Assembly: GCA_003344405.1 (NCBI GenBank)
Contig: NOWV01000114.1
Location: 62,001-126,000, forward strand
Length of the DNA stretch: 64,000 nt
Source: Trichoplax sp. H2
Taxonomy: Eukaryota
Reading direction: 5' to 3'
Part shown: in pieces, positions 59,135 through 64,000 of the stretch
Layout of the letters: every line of letters starts with the position of its first letter
Numbering within the stretch: the stretch's first letter is position 1
Translations under genes and position numbers: made by a program
The notes under the pieces: model-generated
Databases searched by the model: none
Seen by the model: only the letters and a program-made list of their open reading frames with translations
What the model was told of the DNA's origin: nothing

Positions 59135-62100
59135 ATGGTGGTATTGAGGACTAGCAAATTTGATCGAAGTTATTTACCGTTGATCACCATTATTTTGGTA
59201 ATCTACGTATCAGGCTTTTCGGTTCTAGCGAATGATGATGAGTCCGATACAGAAACATCGGGATCTGTCCTTACTAAAGGTTCTGACTTCAAAGTGCAAT
59301 TATTGTGCAGCAGTTATTGATTGATTCAACTGGCATAGATATTACGTATTTTTTGCTAGAATCACTGTCATCTCTTTCATACGCGTATACGCGCAGCATC
59401 TACTATTATTAAGATCTCAATATCTTTTCATAAACTATATAAAATAAACTACAGTAATTATTTTGAGAGAAACTTTACCCAATTTCCTTAGCAGCCAGCT
59501 AAAGGGTACAAAGTAGGTATTATTAACCAGTGAACAGTGAACACTAAACACGTAACAGAAATTTGAAATAACCAGCATTTTATGCAACATATTGATTTTT
59601 GTTTGCAGTGATCTAATGTCAGATCTTTAGATTCATGTAACGTTGGTGTGATGTTATGCCGATATAGTTAGATCATAATTTTATATCAAAATTAGTGCAT
59701 ACGGGTACAGAATAGTACTTTATACGCGTACGTTGCAGCATCAAGGTACGGTACATATAGATTGACACGCAATTTTTCGAGAAGGTTTTATGTTTAGTGT
59801 GTATTATATACTGTACTGTACTGTATATATATACCGTATATCAGTAACGACAAACTACTGGTGCAATGTTATATCTAACATTCGCAATTGAAATTTTAGG
59901 TACTACTTCCTGCAGCTGGAAATTGTCAACGTGGCTCGCAGCTATATTGCTTGGGAGTGTTGCTTTAATATTTTATAAGAAGGGATTGGTATTTAATAAG
60001 ATATTATTAGCTACTATGTATTTAAGCGGAGTTAACTACAAAGATCCATTCACCGTGATTTTGCTTATAACACGTACGTGTGTCTAATGATATCTTTAGA
60101 TAAATGAACAAATATCTAATACTAACCAAGGTAAAGAAACTAGCATTAGGGTGTACTATGGTAGCCAGACGGGAACAGCTAAGGTACTATTACGAAGCTT
60201 AGTAACCAAATGAATATTGCATGATGCGTATCCTAAACCACATTCGAAATCAGTTCGTTTTATTACATTTATCGCTGCATTTGTTACAGCGATTTGCAGA
60301 GAGGTTGTACAGTGATCTGAAGGCCTTATTCAGTGATGAACAAGATGCACATAGAGTAACGATGAACATTTATAGCTTAAACCAGCAGGAACCCGAAGAT
60401 GTAATAGCTATAAAGGTATATTGGATTCTGATTTGAGCTATACAAGTGAGATGCACTTATGCTGTAGTACTGTAATTATAAATTTCTACATATGAGCTAT
60501 ACGGTGTACAGTATAGTATGGACATCATTAATCATATAAAATAAGTTATCGACGTTAACTCTTATAGCCAAAATCTAGACAGATTTGTATCTTCCTACTG
60601 TCTACCTACACTGGTGGAGAGCCTGCTGAAAGTGCAAGATGGTTCTATACTTGGTTACAGGATACCGTATCTGATTTTAGGGTTCAGAAAACTCTATTGA
60701 GTAAATTAAATTACGCTGTATTTGGTCTTGGTAACTCAGTCTACCAAGAACATTTTAATTCGGTACAATTTTTAATTTCTTTTTAATGCTCATTTATTAT
60801 TACTTACTAATGCTGCATAATCATCAAGTAGCATAAATTGTAAGTGATAATTACGAGATAGAGTGTGATTCTATTATGGGGTTTTAATCTATAAAGGTTG
60901 CTAAGGATACTGATAGTTGGCTTCATAAATTACATGGAAATCGAATTTTACCCCTTGGCATCGGTGATAATAACGTAGTGCAAAGTGAAAATGGAGGTGT
61001 GTTTAATATTTCATATATTTTTTTTATTTGTCTAGAACAGATAACACTATGGTATAACTGGCTACACGCCTTTAAAGTATTTCTACGGATACGACATACA
61101 TTAACGTGAACTGCAATAATTACGTGTATTTTAGTAACTTCATGTTATAAATACCCTCACTATATGACTGATCATTAGGCCTTGAAGAAGATTTCGTGGC
61201 TTGGAAAGGAAGGATTTTAAGAGTTCTCAACTTAGAAATTACTCCTAGTCATAAACCTGTCGATAATGAAGTCAACGTTGCCCCTTCAAAAGTAAAGGTA
61301 AAAGAGAATGTAATACACGAAGGAAAGATGTCGACTCTGACATTATTTTATTACCTACGTTTTAGATCTTATATGAGAGTACAAGTGAATCTAGCGATAA
61401 CAGCGAAGATGAAGAGACAATTGCAATGAAAAAAAACTCTACTATCCCGATAAAAAATGATGTCGTTGATGTCGAAGATTTAGGGATGATGCTGAATAAT
61501 TTAGGGAAGGCAAAGGTAATTCGCATATTCAGCTAAAGTTTAATATACTTCAGTATCAAATTAGGTTATGATAATCAATTAACCTAGCTTAAGCTATGAT
61601 ATATCTGAATGTATTTACAGTTTTTAGAAGGGAATTTAAAATTTTTTAGGCAGATAGAGAACTTGAAGTAAGCACACTACAGCGTGTCCAAGCTGGGCCA
61701 AAAACATCAATATCCTCCTTAAAGAAAGCTGAGTTAAGAGATATGGTAACCCCATCCCTAAAAGAGGCACTAAGCAAGCAAGGTAAACCTTAAATGTCAT
61801 ATGAATCGTACGGTGCATTTAACATCAAAGAATCAACTTCTTCAGTTTATATTTAAAATCGTTTTTAACCGTATACGGATGACATATTGTATCATGATTA
61901 ATAAAGCTGATAATTTGCGTTACGGTGCGCAATTAAGTACTATAGATGTCGGTATTAGAGACACTTTTCACGTATGTTTCAGGATATAAAATTATCGGAT
62001 CTCATTCCGGCGTTAAGCTTTGCCGCTGGACGAAGGTGTTAACAACTGAAAAACTTATTAGAAAATCTTTAGATATTTTAGTCTTCAAAATTATTATACA

Positions 62101-63864
62101 GTATATCGGCTCTTTCGTAATTAATTAGTTTAACTTGAAGACTTCAATTGTTTTCTGCAGTCAATGTTACGAGGACGGGGTGGTTGCTATAAGCATACGT
62201 TTTATGGAATTGAGAGTCACAGATGCATGGAAACAACGCCCAGTCTTGCTTGCGCAAATAAATGTGTTTTTTGTTGGCGTCATCACACGAACCCAGTTGG
62301 TACTGAATGGCGATGGAAAATGGATGACCCAGAAAAAATCTTTAATGAAGCACTTAAAAATCATTATGGCTTGATAAAGCAATTCAAAGGCAAGTTAGGA
62401 CATTTAAGAATTCGCACTATAATTTTATTTTGTAAGCATAACGGAAAAAATCTCACGGATTTCTTAGGCGTTCCAGGGGTACAAACAGAAAGATTCAAAG
62501 AGGCCATGGAAGTTAAACATTGTGCTTTATCTTTAGTCGGTTAGTATAGAAGTAAATTTGCAGTTGCTTACATTGTAAATTAATGTTGGGCTTTCTTTCT
62601 GAAACACGGTAGGAGAGCCAATAATGTATCCAGAAATAAATAAATTTATTGAACTTCTACATGGAAAGGAAATTTCCAGTTTTCTTGTGACTAACGCACA
62701 ATTTCCAAATGCTATTAGGTTAAAATCATTACTATATTTTACTAGATGTAATGTAGTCTTATTTGATCGTCAAAGTAATACTACACGGTATCATGATTAA
62801 CGAATTATAAATATTTCTGAATATATAAATATTAATAGAGATCTTACGCCCGTAACGCAATTGTATGTGAGCGTAGATGCCAGTACTAAAGAAAGTTTGA
62901 AAAAGATTGATCGGCCGCTATTTAAAGACTTTTGGCCTCGATTTCTTAAAAGCCTTTCCGCCTTATCAGAGAAGGTTCTACAATGCGAAGGAATTGTTTC
63001 GATATAATCATTTACATTCGCAAATTTTATGAATTTAGGGTCAACGGACAGTTTATCGATTAACTCTCGTGAAAGCGTGGAATGCTGAAGAAATTGAGGC
63101 ATATGCAAATCTTGTCGGGTACGGGAATCCAGATTTTATCGAGGTTAAGGTAAGAGGGGAGACGACAGCTGTTCTCTTATATCTTGTGACAATTTTATAG
63201 GATTATAGATCTACGTTCGGTTAGTTTAGACCTTGCATATGTCACTGTAGTAACTAGATATAACTATATTAAACAATATTTTTCATAAAAAATATTTCTT
63301 ATTTACTAATAGGGAGTAACATATTGCGGCGAATCAAAAGCTTCTAAGCTAACAATGGAAAATATTCCTTGGCATCAAGAAGTAAGATAGCTTGATTCTT
63401 TAACATCTTATTATGCTTCCTCACTATTTTGGAATGCTGTACAAATCCAAAACCTCCTGGTTTTTTAGGTTTTATCATTTACAGACAAATTAGTTGATAA
63501 TCTTCCGGAATATGAAATTGCTTGCGAGCACGAGCATTCAAATTGCGTTCTGGTTGCACATAAGAAGGTAGACTACCTAGTACTGTTTAATTAATAGAGT
63601 TTTCTATATAGCAAAGCGAACATTTTGTGCTATGGAATGTTGTATCGTGAGACATAGCACATAATTCTAAAAATTTGATAGATGATAATACGGTGTTTAT
63701 GTACACAACCATCGTTTAGTTGCATATATCCAATAATTTTAGCGTTTAAGAATTGTCCCACTCATCGAGATATATTCATAATCACATATTTGACTTTTAT
63801 TTAACAGTTTAAGGTTCATGGGAGATGGCACACTTGGATTGATTACGCGAAGTTTCATAAACTG
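59135..63864 (+). CDS. TYW1: tRNA wybutosine-synthesizing protein 1 (flavodoxin plus radical SAM); 3' end runs past the window
   Basis: Flavodoxin motifs IRVYYGSQTGTAK, LSTYTGGEP and YAVFGLGNSVY. Radical SAM motifs GYKIIGSHSGVKLCRWTK, GGCYKHTFYGIESHRCMETTPSLACANKCVFCWRHHTNPVG (CxxxCxxC), HCALSLVGEPIMYP, SSFLVTNAQFP and PDFIEVKGVTYCG. The first two exons are less certain. Confidence 0.95.
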
Positions 63865-64000
63865 GTTTGAGATAATAATAGTTCTTAATAACAAGTAGTC
63901 AAACATACTACTGTATTTTTATTAAAGATTCTGTGATTAGTAATAATTAGTCTGATTGTATAAAGTATATATTGTCTATATTATTTCAATAGTCTTGTTT

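Overview
AT-rich, gene-dense eukaryotic (animal) genomic DNA with many short spliceosomal introns. It is most consistent with a placozoan (Trichoplax-like). That assignment is an inference from intron size, gene density, an NIT-domain guanylate cyclase and the abundant ACAGT microsatellite. Exons were assembled by hand. Gene order: ARPC3 (+, 5'-partial), CNTD1 (+), SMIM14 (-), SPRING1/C12orf49 (+), a large uncharacterised TBC-like/multi-C2 protein gene (+), ARL6IP4 (-), p70 S6 kinase (+), an intact membrane NIT-guanylate cyclase (+), a decayed tandem NIT-GC pseudogene (+), BRCA2 with six BRC repeats (-), SBDS (+), CHFR (+) and TYW1 (+, 3'-partial). The most striking non-coding pattern is five dense, self-complementary (ACAGT/ACTGT)n arrays. 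Each sits just upstream of a housekeeping-gene start codon, and three lie between divergent gene pairs. They are absent upstream of the NIT-GC genes. One array opens with a 112-bp near-perfect palindrome. Other highlights are an altered putative ligand motif in the NIT-GC, two GC-AG introns, two stop-free in-frame introns, and linkage matching human 12q24 and the human SBDS-TYW1 pair. Exon boundaries were read by eye and may be off by a few bases.
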